Source: the human T2T-CHM13v2.0 reference genome, Homo sapiens. From it: a stretch of DNA of 64,000 bases. Shown one piece after another: positions 11,301-24,800 of this stretch. Where the stretch lies: NCBI RefSeq assembly GCF_009914755.1, contig NC_060941.1. One strand, 5' to 3'. The position numbers were made by a program, and so were the translations under genes. The stretch's first letter is position 1. Each line of letters begins with the position of its first letter. The notes beneath the pieces were generated by a model, which worked only from the letters and a program-made list of their open reading frames with translations, searched no databases and was not told where the DNA came from.

Positions 11301-14300
11301 ATGTCTTTGGAAACGGGAATATCTTCACATAAAAACTAAACAGAAGCATTCTCAGAAACTTCTATGTGATGTTTTTGTTCAACTCCCAGAGTTTCACATT
11401 GCTTTTCATAGAGTAGTTCTGAAACATGCTTTTCGTAGTGTCTGCAAGTGGACATTTGGAGCGCTTTCAGGCCTGTGGTGGAAAACGAATTATGGTCCCA
11501 TAAAAACTGGAGAGAAGCATTGTCAGAAACTTCTTTGTGATGATTGCATTCAACTCACAGAGATGAAGGTTCCTTTACAAACAGCAGTTTCCAAACACTC
11601 TTTCTGTGGAATCTGCAAGTGGATATTTAGACCTCTTTGAAGATTTCGTTGGAAACGGGAGAATCTTCACAGAAAAGCTAAACAGAAGCATTCTCAGAAA
11701 CTTCTTTGTGATGCTTGCATTCAACTCACAGAGTTGAACTTTCCTTTCGAGAGAGAAGCTTTGAAACACTCTTTTTCCAGAATCTGCAAGTGGACATTTG
11801 GAGGGCTTTGAGGCCTGTGGTGGAAAAGGAATTAACTTCCCGTAAAAGCTAGATAGAAGCATTCTCAGAAACTACTTTGTGATGATTGCATTCAAGTCAC
11901 AGAGTTGAACATTCCCTTTGACAGAGCAGTTTGGAAACTCTCTTTGTGTAGAATCTGCAAGTGGAGATATGGACCGCTTTGAGGCCTATGGTAGTAAAGG
12001 AAATAGCTTCATATGAAAGCTAGACGGTAGCATTCACAGAAAACTCTTGGTGACGACTGAGTTTAACTCACAGAGCTGAACATTCCTTTGGATGGAGCAG
12101 TTTCGAAACACACTATTTGTAGAATGTGCAAGTGGATATTTGGGCCTCTCTGAGGATTTCGTTGGAAACGGGATAAACCGCACAGAACTAAACAGAAGCA
12201 TTCTCAGAACCTTCTTCGTGATGTTTGCATTCAACTCACAGTGTTGAACCTTTCTTTGATAGTTCAGGTTTGAAACGGTCTTTCTGTAGAAACTGCAAGT
12301 AGATATTTGGACCTCTCTGAGGATTTCGTTGGAAACGGGATAAACCGCACAGAACTAAAACAGAAGCATTCTCAGAACCCTCTTCGTGATGTTTGCATTC
12401 AACTCACAGTGCTGAACCTTTCTTTGATAGTTCAGCTTTGAAACACTCTTCTTGTAGAAACTGCAAGTGGATATTTGGTCCTCTCTGAGGATTTTGTTGG
12501 AAACGGGATAAACCGCACAGAACTAAACAGAAGCATTCTCAGAACCTTCTTCGTGATGTCTGCATTCAACTCACAGTGTGGAACCTTTCTTTGATAGTTC
12601 AGGTTTGAAACACTCTTTTTGTAGAAACTGCAAGGGGATAATTGCACTTCTTTGAGGCCTACCGTAGTAAAGGAAATAACTTCCTATAGAAAGAAGACAG
12701 AAGCTTTCTCAGAAAATTCTTTGGGATGATTGAGTGGAACTCACAGAGCTGAACATTCCTTGCGATGTAGCAGTTTAGAAACACACTTTCTGCAGAATCT
12801 GCAAGTGCATATTTGGACCTCTCTGAGGAATTCGTTGGAAACGGGATAATTTCAGCTGACTAAACAGAAGCAGTCTCAGAATCTTCTTTGTGATGTTTGC
12901 ATTCAAATCCCAGAGTTGAACTTCCCTTTCAAAGTTCACGTTTGAAACACTCTTTTTGCAGGATCTACAAGTGGATATTTGGACCACTCTGTGTCCTTCG
13001 TTCGAAACGGGTATATCTTCACATGACATCTAGACAGAAGCATTCTCAGAAGCTTCTCTGTGATGACTGCATTCAACTCACGGAGTTGAACACTCCTTTT
13101 GAGAGCGCAGTTTTGAAACTCTCTTTCTGTGGCATCTGCAAGGGGACATGTAGACCTCTTTGAAGATTTCGTTGGAAACGGAATCATCTTCACATAAAAA
13201 CTATACAGATGCATTCTCAGGAACTTTTTGGTGATGTTTGTATTCAACTCCCAGAGTTGAACTTTCCTTTGGAAAGAGCAGCTATGAAACACTCTTTTTC
13301 TAGAATCTGCAAGTGGACGTTTGGAGGGCTTTGTGGTTTGTGGTGGAAAAGGAAATATCTTCACCTAAATACTAGATAGAAGCATTCTCAGAAACTGCTT
13401 TGTGATGATTGCATTCACCTCACAGAGTTGAACATTCCTATTGATAGAGCAGTTTGGAAACACTCTTGTTGTGGAATGTGCAAGTGGAGATTTGGAGCGC
13501 TTTGAGGCCTATGGTAGTAAAGGGAATAGCTTCATAGAAAAACTAGACAGAAGCATTCTCAGAAAATACTTTGTGATGATTGAGTTTAACTCACAGAGCT
13601 GAACATTCCTTTGGATGGAGCAGGTTTGAGACACACTTTTTGTAGAATCTACAAGTGGATATTTGGACCTCTCTGAGGATTTCGTTGGAAACGCGATAAC
13701 TGCACCTAACTAAACGGAAGCATTCTCAGAAACTTCTTGGTGATGTTTGCATTCAAATCCCAGAGTTGAACCTTCCTGTGATAGTTCAGGTTTGAAACAC
13801 TCTTTTTGTAGGATCTGCAAGTGGATATTTGGACCACTCTGTGGCCTTCGTTCGAAACGGGTACATCTTCACATAAAATCTAGACAGAAGCCTTCTCAGA
13901 AACTTCTCTGTGATGATTGCATTCAACTCACAGATTTGAACCCTCCTATGGATAGAGCATTGTTGAAACTCTCTTTTTGTGGAATCTGCAAGTGGATATG
14001 TGGACCTCTCTGAAGATGTCTTTGGAAACGGGAATATCTTCACATAAAAACTAAACAGAAGCATTCTCAGAAACTTCTCTGTGATGTTTGTGTTCAACTC
14101 CCAGAGTTTCACATTGCTTTTCATAGAGTAGTTCTGAAACATGCTTTTCGTAGTGTCTGCAAGTGGACATTTGGAGCGCTTTCAGGCCTGTGGTGGAAAA
14201 CGAATTATGGTCCCATAAAAACTGGAGAGAAGCATTGTCAGAAACTTCTTTGTGATGATTGCATTCAACTCACAGAGATGAAGGTTCCTTTACAAACAGC

Positions 14301-16435
14301 AGATTCCAAACACTCTTTCTGTGGAATCTGCAAGTGGATATTTGGACCTCTTTGAAGATTTCGTTGGAAACGGGAGAATCTTCACAGAAAAGCTAAACAG
14401 AAGCATTCTCAGAAACTTCTTTGTGATGCTTGCATTCAACTCACAGAGTTGAACTTTCCTTTCGAGAGAGAAGCTTTGAAACACTCTTTTTCCAGAATCT
14501 GCAAGTGGACATTTGGAGGGCTTTGAGGCCTGTGGTGGAAAAGGAATTAACTTCCCGTAAAAGCTAGATAGAAGCATTCTCAGAAACTACTTTGTGATGA
14601 TTGCATTCAAGTCACAGAGTTGAACATTCCCTTTGACAGAGCAGTTTGGAAACTCTCTTTGTGTAGAATCTGCAAGTGGAGATATGGACCGCTTTGAGGC
14701 CTATGGTAGTAAAGGAAATAGCTTCATATAAAAGCTAGACAGTAGCATTCACAGAAAACTCTTGGTGACGACTGAGTTTAACTCACAGAGCTGAACATTC
14801 CTTTGGATGGAGCAGTTTCGAAACACACTATTTGTAGAATGTGCAAGTGGATATTTGGGCCTCTCTGAGGATTTCGTTGGAAACGGGATAAACCGCACAG
14901 AACTAAACAGAAGCATTCTCAGAACCTTCTTCGTGATGTTTGCATTCAACTCACAGTGTTGAACCTTTCTTTGATAGTTCAGGTTTGAAACGGTCTTTCT
15001 GTAGAAACTGCAAGTAGATATTTGGACCTCTCTGAGGATTTCGTTGGAAACGGGATAAACCGCACAGAACTAAAACAGAAGCATTCTCAGAACCCTCTTC
15101 GTGATGTTTGCATTCAACTCACAGTGCTGAACCTTTCTTTGATAGTTCAGCTTTGAAACACTCTTCTTGTAGAAACTGCAAGTGGATATTTGGTCCTCTC
15201 TGAGGATTTCGTTGGAAACGGGATAAACCGCACAGAACTAAACAGAAGCATTCTCAGAACCTTCTTCGTGATGTCTGCATTCAACTCACAGTGTGGAACC
15301 TTTCTTTGATAGTTCAGGTTTGAAACACTCTTTTTGTAGAAACTGCAAGGGGATAATTGCACTTCTTTGAGGCCTACCGTAGTAAAGGAAATAACTTCCT
15401 ATATAAAGAAGACAGAAGCTTTCTCAGAAAATCCTTTGGGATGATTGAGTGGAACTCACAGAGCTGAACATTCCTTGCGATGTAGCAGTTTAGAAACACA
15501 CTTTCTGCAGAATCTGCAAGTGCATATTTGGACCTCTCTGAGGAATTCGTTGGAAACGGGATAATTTCAGCTGACTAAACAGAAGCAGTCTCAGAATCTT
15601 CTTTGTGATGTTTGCATTCAAATCCCAGAGTTGAACTTTCCTTTCAAAGTTCACGTTTGAAACACTCTTTTTGCAGGATCTACAAGTGGATATTTGGACC
15701 ACTCTGTGTCCTTCGTTCGAAACGGGTATATCTTCACATGACATCTAGACAGAAGCATTCTCAGAAGCTTCTCTGTGATGACTGCATTCAACTCACGGAG
15801 TTGAACACTCCTTTTGAGAGCGCAGTTTTGAAACTCTCTTTCTGTGGCATCTGCAAGGGGACATGTAGACCTCTTTGAAGATTTCGTTGGAAACGGAATC
15901 ATCTTCACATAAAAACTATACAGATGCATTCTCAGGAACTTTTTGGTGATGTTTGTATTCAACTCCCAGAGTTGAACTTTCCTTTGGAAAGAGCAGCTAT
16001 GAAACACTCTTTTTCTAGAATCTGCAAGTGGACGTTTGGAGGGCTTTGTGGTTTGTGGTGGAAAAGGAAATATCTTCACCTAAATACTAGATAGAAGCAT
16101 TCTCAGAAACTGCTTTGTGATGATTGCATTCACCTCACAGAGTTGAACATTCCTATTGATAGAGCAGTTTGGAAACACTCTTGTTGTGGAATGTGCAAGT
16201 GGAGATTTGGAGCGCTTTGAGGCCTATGGTAGTAAAGGGAATAGCTTCATAGAAAAACTAGACAGAAGCATTCTCAGAAAATACTTTGTGATGATTGAGT
16301 TTAACTCACAGAGCTGAACATTCCTTTGGATGGAGCAGGTTTGAGACACACTTTTTGTAGAATCTACAAGTGGATATTTGGACCTCTCTGAGGATTTCGT
16401 TGGAAACGCGATAACTGCACCTAACTAAACGGAAG

Positions 16436-18812
16436 CATTCTCAGAAACTTCTTGGTGATGTTTGCATTCAAATCCCAGAGTTGAACTTTCCTGTGATAGT
16501 TCAGGTTTGAAACACTCTTTTAATAGGATCTGCAAGTGGATATTTGGACCACTCTGTGGCCTTCGTTCGAAACGGGTACATCTTCACATAAAATCTAGAC
16601 AGAAGCCTTCTCAGAAACTTCTCTGTGATGATTGCATTCAACTCACAGATTTGAACCCTCCTATGGATAGAGCATTGTTGAAACTCTCTTTTTGTGGAAT
16701 CTGCAAGTGGATATGTGGACCTCTCCGAAGATGTCTTTGGAAACGGGAATATCTTCACATAAAAACTAAACAGAAGCATTCTCAGAAACTTCTCTGTGAT
16801 GTTTGTGTTCAACTCCCAGAGTTTCACATTGCTTTTCATAGAGTAGTTCTGAAACATGCTTTTCGTAGTGTCTGCAAGTGGACATTTGGAGCGCTTTCAG
16901 GCCTGTGGTGGAAAACGAATTATGGTCCCATAAAAACTGGAGAGAAGCATTGTCAGAAACTTCTTTGTGATGATTGCATTCAACTCACAGAGATGAAGGT
17001 TCCTTTACAAACAGCAGTTTCCAAACACTCTTTCTGTGGAATCTGCAAGTGGATATTTGGACCTCTTTGAAGATTTCGTTGGAAACGGGAGAATCTTCAC
17101 AGAAAAGCTAAACAGAAGCATTCTCAGAAACTTCTTTGTGATGCTTGCATTCAACTCACAGAGTTGAACTTTCCTTTCGAGAGAGAAGCTTTGAAACACT
17201 CTTTTTCCAGAATCTGCAAGTGGACATTTGGAGGGCTTTGAGGCCTGTGGTGGAAAAGGAATTAACTTCCCGTAAAAGCTAGATAGAAGCATTCTCAGAA
17301 ACTACTTTGTGATGATTGCATTCAAGTCACAGAGTTGAACATTCCCTTTGACAGAGCAGTTTGGAAACTCTCTTTGTGTAGAATCTGCAAGTGGAGATAT
17401 GGACCGCTTTGAGGCCTATGGTAGTAAAGGAAATAGCTTCATATAAAAGCTAGACAGTAGCATTCACAGAAAACTCTTGGTGACGACTGAGTTTAACTCA
17501 CAGAGCTGAACATTCCTTTGGATGGAGCAGTTTCGAAACACACTATTTGTAGAATGTGCAAGTGGATATTTGGGCCTCTCTGAGGATTTCGTTGGAAACG
17601 GGATAAACCGCACAGAAATAAACAGAAGCATTCTCAGAACCTTCTTCGTGATGTTTGCATTCAACTCACAGTGTTGAACCTTTCTTTGATAGTTCAGGTT
17701 TGAAACGGTCTTTCTGTAGAAACTGCAAGTAGATATTTGGACCTCTCTGAGGATTTCGTTGGAAACGGGATAAACCGCACAGAACTAAAACAGAAGCATT
17801 CTCAGAACCCTCTTCGTGATGTTTGCATTCAACTCACAGTGCTGAACCTTTCTTTGATAGTTCAGCTTTGAAACACTCTTCTTGTAGAAACTGCAAGTGG
17901 ATATTTGGTCCTCTCTGAGGATTTCGTTGGAAACGGGATAAACCGCACAGAACTAAACAGAAGCATTCTCAGAACCTTCTTCGTGATGTCTGCATTCAAC
18001 TCACAGTGTGGAACCTTTCTTTGATAGTTCAGGTTTGAAACACTCTTTTTGTAGAAACTGCAAGGGGATAATTGCACTTCTTTGAGGCCTACCGTAGTAA
18101 AGGAAATAACTTCCTATAGAAAGAAGACAGAAGCTTTCTCAGAAAATTCTTTGGGATGATTGAGTGGAACTCACAGAGCTGAACATTCCTTGCGATGTAG
18201 CAGTTTAGAAACACACTTTCTGCAGAATCTGCAAGTGCATATTTGGACCTCTCTGAGGAATTCGTTGGAAACGGGATAATTTCAGCTGACTAAATATAAG
18301 AAGTCTCAGAATCTTCTTTGTGATGTTTGCATTCAAATCCCAGAGTTGAACTTTCCTTTCAAAGTTCACGTTTGAAACACTCTTTTTGCAGGATCTACAA
18401 GTGGATATTTGGACCACTCTGTGTCCTTCGTTCGAAACGGGTATATCTTCACATGACATCTAGACAGAAGCATTCTCAGAAGCTTCTCTGTGATGACTGC
18501 ATTCAACTCACAGAGTTGAACACTCCTTTTGAGAGCGCAGTTTTGAAACTCTCTTTCTGTGGCATCTGCAAGGGGACATGTAGACCTCTTTGAGGATTTC
18601 GTTGGAAACGGAATCATCTTCACATAAAAACTATACAGATGCATTCTCAGGAACTTTTTGGTGATGTTTGTATTCAACTCCCAGAGTTGAACTTTCCTTT
18701 GGAAAGAGCAGCTATGAAACACTCTTTTTCTAGAATCTGCAAGTGGACGTTTGGAGGGCTTTGTGGTTTGTGGTGGAAAAGGAAATATCTTCACCTAAAT
18801 ACTGGATAGAAG
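16436..18812 (+). repeat. 14-mer variant HOR (H7), 2377 bp, lacking two monomers (338 bp)
   Basis: Landmark spacing 16462 to 18839 is 2377 (2715-338); EcoRI 18258 to 20635. Junction reads CACCTAAATACTGGATAGAAGCATTCTCAGAAACTTCTTGGTG, skipping the monomers equivalent to 2523-2860. Confidence 0.95.
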
Positions 18813-21800
18813 CATTCTCAGAAACTTCTTGGTGATGTTTGCATTCAAATCCCAGAGTTGAACCTTCCTTTGATAGTTCAGGTTTGAAACACTCTTTTTG
18901 TAGGATCTGCAAGTGGATATTTGGACCACTCTGTGGCCTTCGTTCGAAACGGGTACATCTTCACATAAAATCTAGACAGAAGCCTTCTCAGAAACTTCTC
19001 TGTGATGATTGCATTCAACTCACAGAGTTGAACCCTCCTATGGATAGAGCATTGTTGAAACTCTCTTTTTGTGGAATCTGCAATTGGATATGTGGACCTC
19101 TCCGAAGATGTTTTTGGAAACGGGAATATCTTCACATAAAAACTAAACAGAAGCATTCTCAGAAACTTCTCTGTGATGTTTGTGTTCAACTCCCAGAGTT
19201 TCACATTGCTTTTCATAGAGTAGTTCTGAAACATGCTTTTCGTAGTATCTGCAAGTGGACATTTGGAGCGCTTTCAGGCCTGTGGTGGAAAACGAATTAT
19301 GGTCCCATAAAAACTGGAGAGAAGCATTGTCAGAAACTTCTTTGTGATGATTGCATTCAACTCACAGAGATGAAGGTTCCTTTACAAACAGCAGTTTCCA
19401 AACACTCTTTCTGTGGAATCTGCAAGTGGATATTTGGACCTCTTTGAAGATTTCGTTGGAAACGGGAGAATCTTCACAGAAAAGCTAAACAGAAGCATTC
19501 TCAGAAACTTCTTTGTGATGCTTGCATTCAACTCACAGAGTTGAACTTTCCTTTCGAGAGAGAAGCTTTGAAACACTCTTTTTGCAGAATCTGCAAGTGG
19601 ACATTTGGAGGGCTTTGAGGCCTGTGGTGGAAAAGGAATTAACTTCCCGTAAAAGCTAGATAGAAGCATTCTCAGAAACTACATTGTGATGATTGCATTC
19701 AAGTCACAGAGTTGAACATTCCCTTTGACAGAGCAGTTTGGAAACTCTCTTTGTGTAGAATCTGCAAGTGGAGATATGGACCGCTTTGAGGCCTATGGTA
19801 GTAAAGGAAATAGCTTCATATAAAAGCTAGACAGTAGCATTCACAGAAAACTCTTGGTGACGACTGAGTTTAACTCACAGAGCTGAACATTCCTTTGGAT
19901 GGAGCAGTTTCGAAACACACTATTTGTAGAATGTGCAAGTGGATATTTGGGCCTCTCTGAGGATTTCGTTGGAAACGGGATAAACCGCACAGAACTAAAA
20001 AGAAGCATTCTCAGAACCTTCTTCGTGATGTTTGCATTCAACTCACAGTGTTGAACCTTTCTTTGATAGTTCAGGTTTGAAACGGTCTTTCTGTAGAAAC
20101 TGCAAGTAGATATTTGGACCTCTCTGAGGATTTCGTTGGAAACGGGATAAACCGCACAGAACTAAAACAGAAGCATTCTCAGAACCCTCTTCGTGATGTT
20201 TGCATTCAACTCACAGTGCTGAACCTTTCTTTGATAGTTCAGCTTTGAAACACTCTTCTTGTAGAAACTGCAAGTGGATATTTGGTCCTCTCTGAGGATT
20301 TCATTGGAAAAGGGATAAACCGCACAGAACTAAACAGAAGCATTCTCAGAACCTTCTTCGTGATGTCTGCATTCAACTCACAGTGTGGAACCTTTCTTTG
20401 ATAGTTCAGGTTTGAAACACTCTTTTTGTAGAAACTGCAAGGGGATAATTGCACTTCTTTGAGGCCTACCGTAGTAAAGGAAATAACTTCCTATAGAAAG
20501 AAGACAGAAGCTTTCTCAGAAAATTCTTTGGGATGATTGAGTGGAACTCACAGAGCTGAACATTCCTTGTGATGTAGCAGTTTAGAAACACACTTTCTGC
20601 AGAATCTGCAAGTGCATATTTGGACCTCTCCGAGGAATTCGTTGGAAACGGGATAATTTCAGCTGACTAAACAGAAGCAGTCTCAGAATCTTCTTTGTGT
20701 TGTTTGCATTCAAATCCCAGAGTTGAACTTTCCTTTCAAAGTTCACGTTTGAAACACTCTTTTTGCAGGATCTACAAGTGGATATTTGGACCACTCTGTG
20801 TCCTTCGTTTGAGACGGGTATATCTTCACATGACATCTAGACAGAAGCATTCTCAGAAGCTTCTCTGTGATGACTGCATTCAACTCACGGAGTTGAACAC
20901 TCCTTTTGAGAGCGCAGTTTTGAAACTCTCTTTCTGTGGCATCTGCAAGGGGACATGTAGACCTCTTTGAAGATTTCGTTGGAAACGGAATCATCTTCAC
21001 ATAAAAACTATACAGATGCATTCTCAGGAACTTTTTGGTGATGTTTGTATTCAACTCCCAGAGTTGAACTTTCCTTTGGAAAGAGCAGCTATGAAACACT
21101 CTTTTTCTAGAATCTGCAAGTGGACGTTTGGAGGGCTTTGTGGTTTGTGGTGGAAAAGGAAATATCTTCACCTAAATACTAGATAGAAGCATTCTCAGAA
21201 ACTGCTTTGTGATGATTGCATTCACCTCACAGAGTTGAACATTCCTATTGATAGAGCAGTTTGGAAACACTCTTGTTGTGGAATGTGCAAGTGGAGATTT
21301 GGAGCGCTTTGAGGCCTATGGTAGTAAAGGGAATAGCTTCATAGAAAAACTAGACAGAAGCATTCTCAGAAAATACTTTGTGATGATTGAGTTTAACTCA
21401 CAGAGCTGAACATTCCTTTGGATGGAGCAGGTTTGAGACACACTTTTTGTAGAAACTACAAGTGGATATTTGGACCTCTCTGAGGATTTCGTTGGAAACG
21501 CGATAACTGCACCTAACTAAACGGAAGCATTCTCAGAAACTTCTTGGTGATGTTTGCATTCAAATCCCAGAGTTGAACCTTCCTTTGATAGTTCAGGTTT
21601 GAAACACTCTTTTTGTAGGATCTGCAAGTGGATATTTGGACCACTCTGTGGCCTTCGTTCGAAACGGGTACATCTTCACATAAAATCTAGACAGAAGCCT
21701 TCTCAGAAACTTCTCTGTGATGATTGCATTCAACTCACAGAGTTGAACCCTCCTATGGATAGAGCATTGTTGAAACTCTCTTTTTGTGGAATCTGCAAGT

Positions 21801-24800
21801 GGATATGTGGACCTCTCCGAAGATGTCTTTGGAAACGGGCATATCTTCACATAAAAACTAAACAGAAGCATTCTCAGAAACTTCTCTGTGATGTTTGTGT
21901 TCAACTCCCAGAGTTTCACATTGCTTTTCATAGAGTAGTTCTGAAACATGCTTTTCGTAGTGTCTGCAAGTGGACATTTGGAGCGCTTTCAGGCCTGTGG
22001 TGGAAAACGAATTATGGTCCCATAAAAACTGGAGAGAAGCATTGTCAGAAACTTCTTTGTGATGATTGCATTCAACTCACAGAGATGAAGGTTCCTTTAC
22101 AAACAGCAGTTTCCAAACACTCTTTCTGTGGAATCTGCAAGTGGATATTTGGACCTCTTTGAAGATTTCGTTGGAAACGGGAGAATCTTCACAGAAAAGC
22201 TAAACAGAAGCATTCTCAGAAACTTCTTTGTGATGCTTGCATTCAACTCACAGAGTTGAACTTTCCTTTCGAGAGAGAAGCTTTGAAACACTCTTTTTCC
22301 AGAATCTGCAAGTGGACATTTGGAGGGCTTTGAGGCCTGTGGTGGAAAAGGAATTAACTTCCCGTAAAAGCTAGATAGAAGCATTCTCAGAAACTACTTT
22401 GTGATGATTGCATTCAAGTCACAGAGTTGAACATTCCCTTTGACAGAGCAGTTTGGAAACTCTCTTTGTGTAGAATCTGCAAGTGGAGATATGGACCGCT
22501 TTGAGGCCTATGGTAGTAAAGGAAATAGCTTCATATAAAAGCTAGACAGTAGCATTCACAGAAAACTCTTGGTGACGACTGAGTTTAACTCACAGAGCTG
22601 AACATTCCTTTGGATGGAGCAGTTTCGAAACACACTATTTGTAGAATGTGCAAGTGGATATTTGGGCCTCTCTGAGGATTTCGTTGGAAACGGGATAAAC
22701 CGCACAGAACTAAACAGAAGCATTCTCAGAACCTTCTTCGTGATGTTTGCATTCAACTCACAGTGTTGAACCTTTCTTTGATAGTTCAGGTTTGAAACGG
22801 TCTTTCTGTAGAAACTGCAAGTAGATATTTGGACCTCTCTGAGGATTTCGTTGGAAACGGGATAAACCGCACAGAACTAAAACAGAACCATTCTCAGAAC
22901 CCTCTTCGTGATGTTTGCATTCAACTCACAGTGCTGAACCTTTCTTTGATAGTTCAGCTTTGAAACACTCTTCTTGTAGAAACTGCAAGTGGATATTTGG
23001 TCCTCTCTGAGGATTTCGTTGGAAACGGGATAAACCGCACAGAACTAAACAGAAGCATTCTCAGAACCTTCTTCGTGATGTCTGCATTCAACTCACAGTG
23101 TGGAACCTTTCTTTGATAGTTCAGGTTTGAAACACTCTTTTTGTAGAAACTGCAAGGGGATAATGGCACTTCTTTGAGGCCTACCGTAGTAAAGGAAATA
23201 ACTTCCTATAGAAAGAAGACAGAAGCTTTCTCAGAAAATTCTTTGGGATGATTGAGTGGAACTCACAGAGCTGAACATTCCTTGCGATGTAGCAGTTTAG
23301 AAACACACTTTCTGCAGAATCTGCAAGTGCATATTTGGACCTCTCTGAGGAATTCGTTGGAAACGGGATAATTTCAGCTGACTAAACAGAAGCAGTCTCT
23401 GAATCTTCTTTGTGATGTTTGCATTCAAATCCCAGAGTTGAACTTTCCTTTCAAAGTTCACGTTTGAAACACTCTTTTTGCAGGATCTACAAGTGGATAT
23501 TTGGACCACTCTGTGTCCTTCGTTCGAAACGGGTATATCTTCACATGACATCTAGACAGAAGCATTCTCAGAAGCTTCTCTGTGATGACTGCATTCAACT
23601 CACGGAGTTGAACACTCCTTTTGAGAGCGCAGTTTTGAAACTCTCTTTCTGTGGCATCTGCAAGGGGACATGTAGACCTCTTTGAAGATTTCGTTGGAAA
23701 CGGAATCATCTTCACATAAAAACTATACAGATGCATTCTCAGGAACTTTTTGGTGATGTTTGTATTCAACTCCCAGAGTTGAACTTTCCTTTGGAAAGAG
23801 CAGCTATGAAACACTCTTTTTCTAGAATCTGCAAGTGGACGTTTGGAGGGCTTTGTGGTTTGTGGTGGAAAAGGAAATATCTTCACCTAAATACTAGATA
23901 GAAGCATTCTCAGAAACTGCTTTGTGATGATTGCATTCACCTCACAGAGTTGAACATTCCTATTGATAGAGCAGTTTGGAAACACTCTTGTTGTGGAATG
24001 TGCAAGTGGAGATTTGGAGCGCTTTGAGGCCTATGGTAGTAAAGGGAATAGCTTCATAGAAAAACTAGACAGAAGCATTCTCAGAAAATACTTTGTGATG
24101 ATTGAGTTTAACTCACAGAGCTGAACATTCCTTTGGATGGAGCAGGTTTGAGACACACTTTTTGTAGAATCTACAAGTGGATATTTGGACCTCTCTGAGG
24201 ATTTCGTTGGAAACGCGATAACTGCACCTAACTAAACGGAAGCATTCTCAGAAACTTCTTGGTGATGTTTGCATTCAAATCCCAGAGTTGAACCTTCCTG
24301 TGATAGTTCAGGTTTGAAACACTCTTTTTGTAGGATCTGCAAGTGGATATTTGGACCACTCTGTGGCCTTCGTTCGAAACGGGTACATCTTCACATAAAA
24401 TCTAGACAGAAGCCTTCTCAGAAACTTCTCTGTGATGATTGCATTCAACTCACAGATTTGAACCCTCCTATGGATAGAGCATTGTTGAAACTCTCTTTTT
24501 GTGGAATCTGCAAGTGGATATGTGGACCTCTCCGAAGATGTCTTTGGAAACGGGAATATCTTCACATAAAAACTAAACAGAAGCATTCTCAGAAACTTCT
24601 CTGTGATGTTTGTGTTCAACTCCCAGAGTTTCACATTGCTTTTCATAGAGTAGTTCTGAAACATGCTTTTCGTAGTGTCTGCAAGTGGACATTTGGAGCG
24701 CTTTCAGGCCTGTGGTGGAAAACGAATTATGGTCCCATAAAAACTGGAGAGAAGCATTGTCAGAAACTTCTTTGTGATGATTGCATTCAACTCACAGAGA

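Larger units (their letters stand above)
146..16435 (+). repeat. Six canonical 16-mer HORs (H1-H6)
   Basis: Exact 2715-bp spacing of all ORF-track landmarks; only substitutions seen between copies. Confidence 0.95.

Noticed and set aside
18730-18912. Unique 60-aa ORF found only at this position
   Set aside because: It is a by-product of the 14-mer junction joining two monomers, not an inserted gene.
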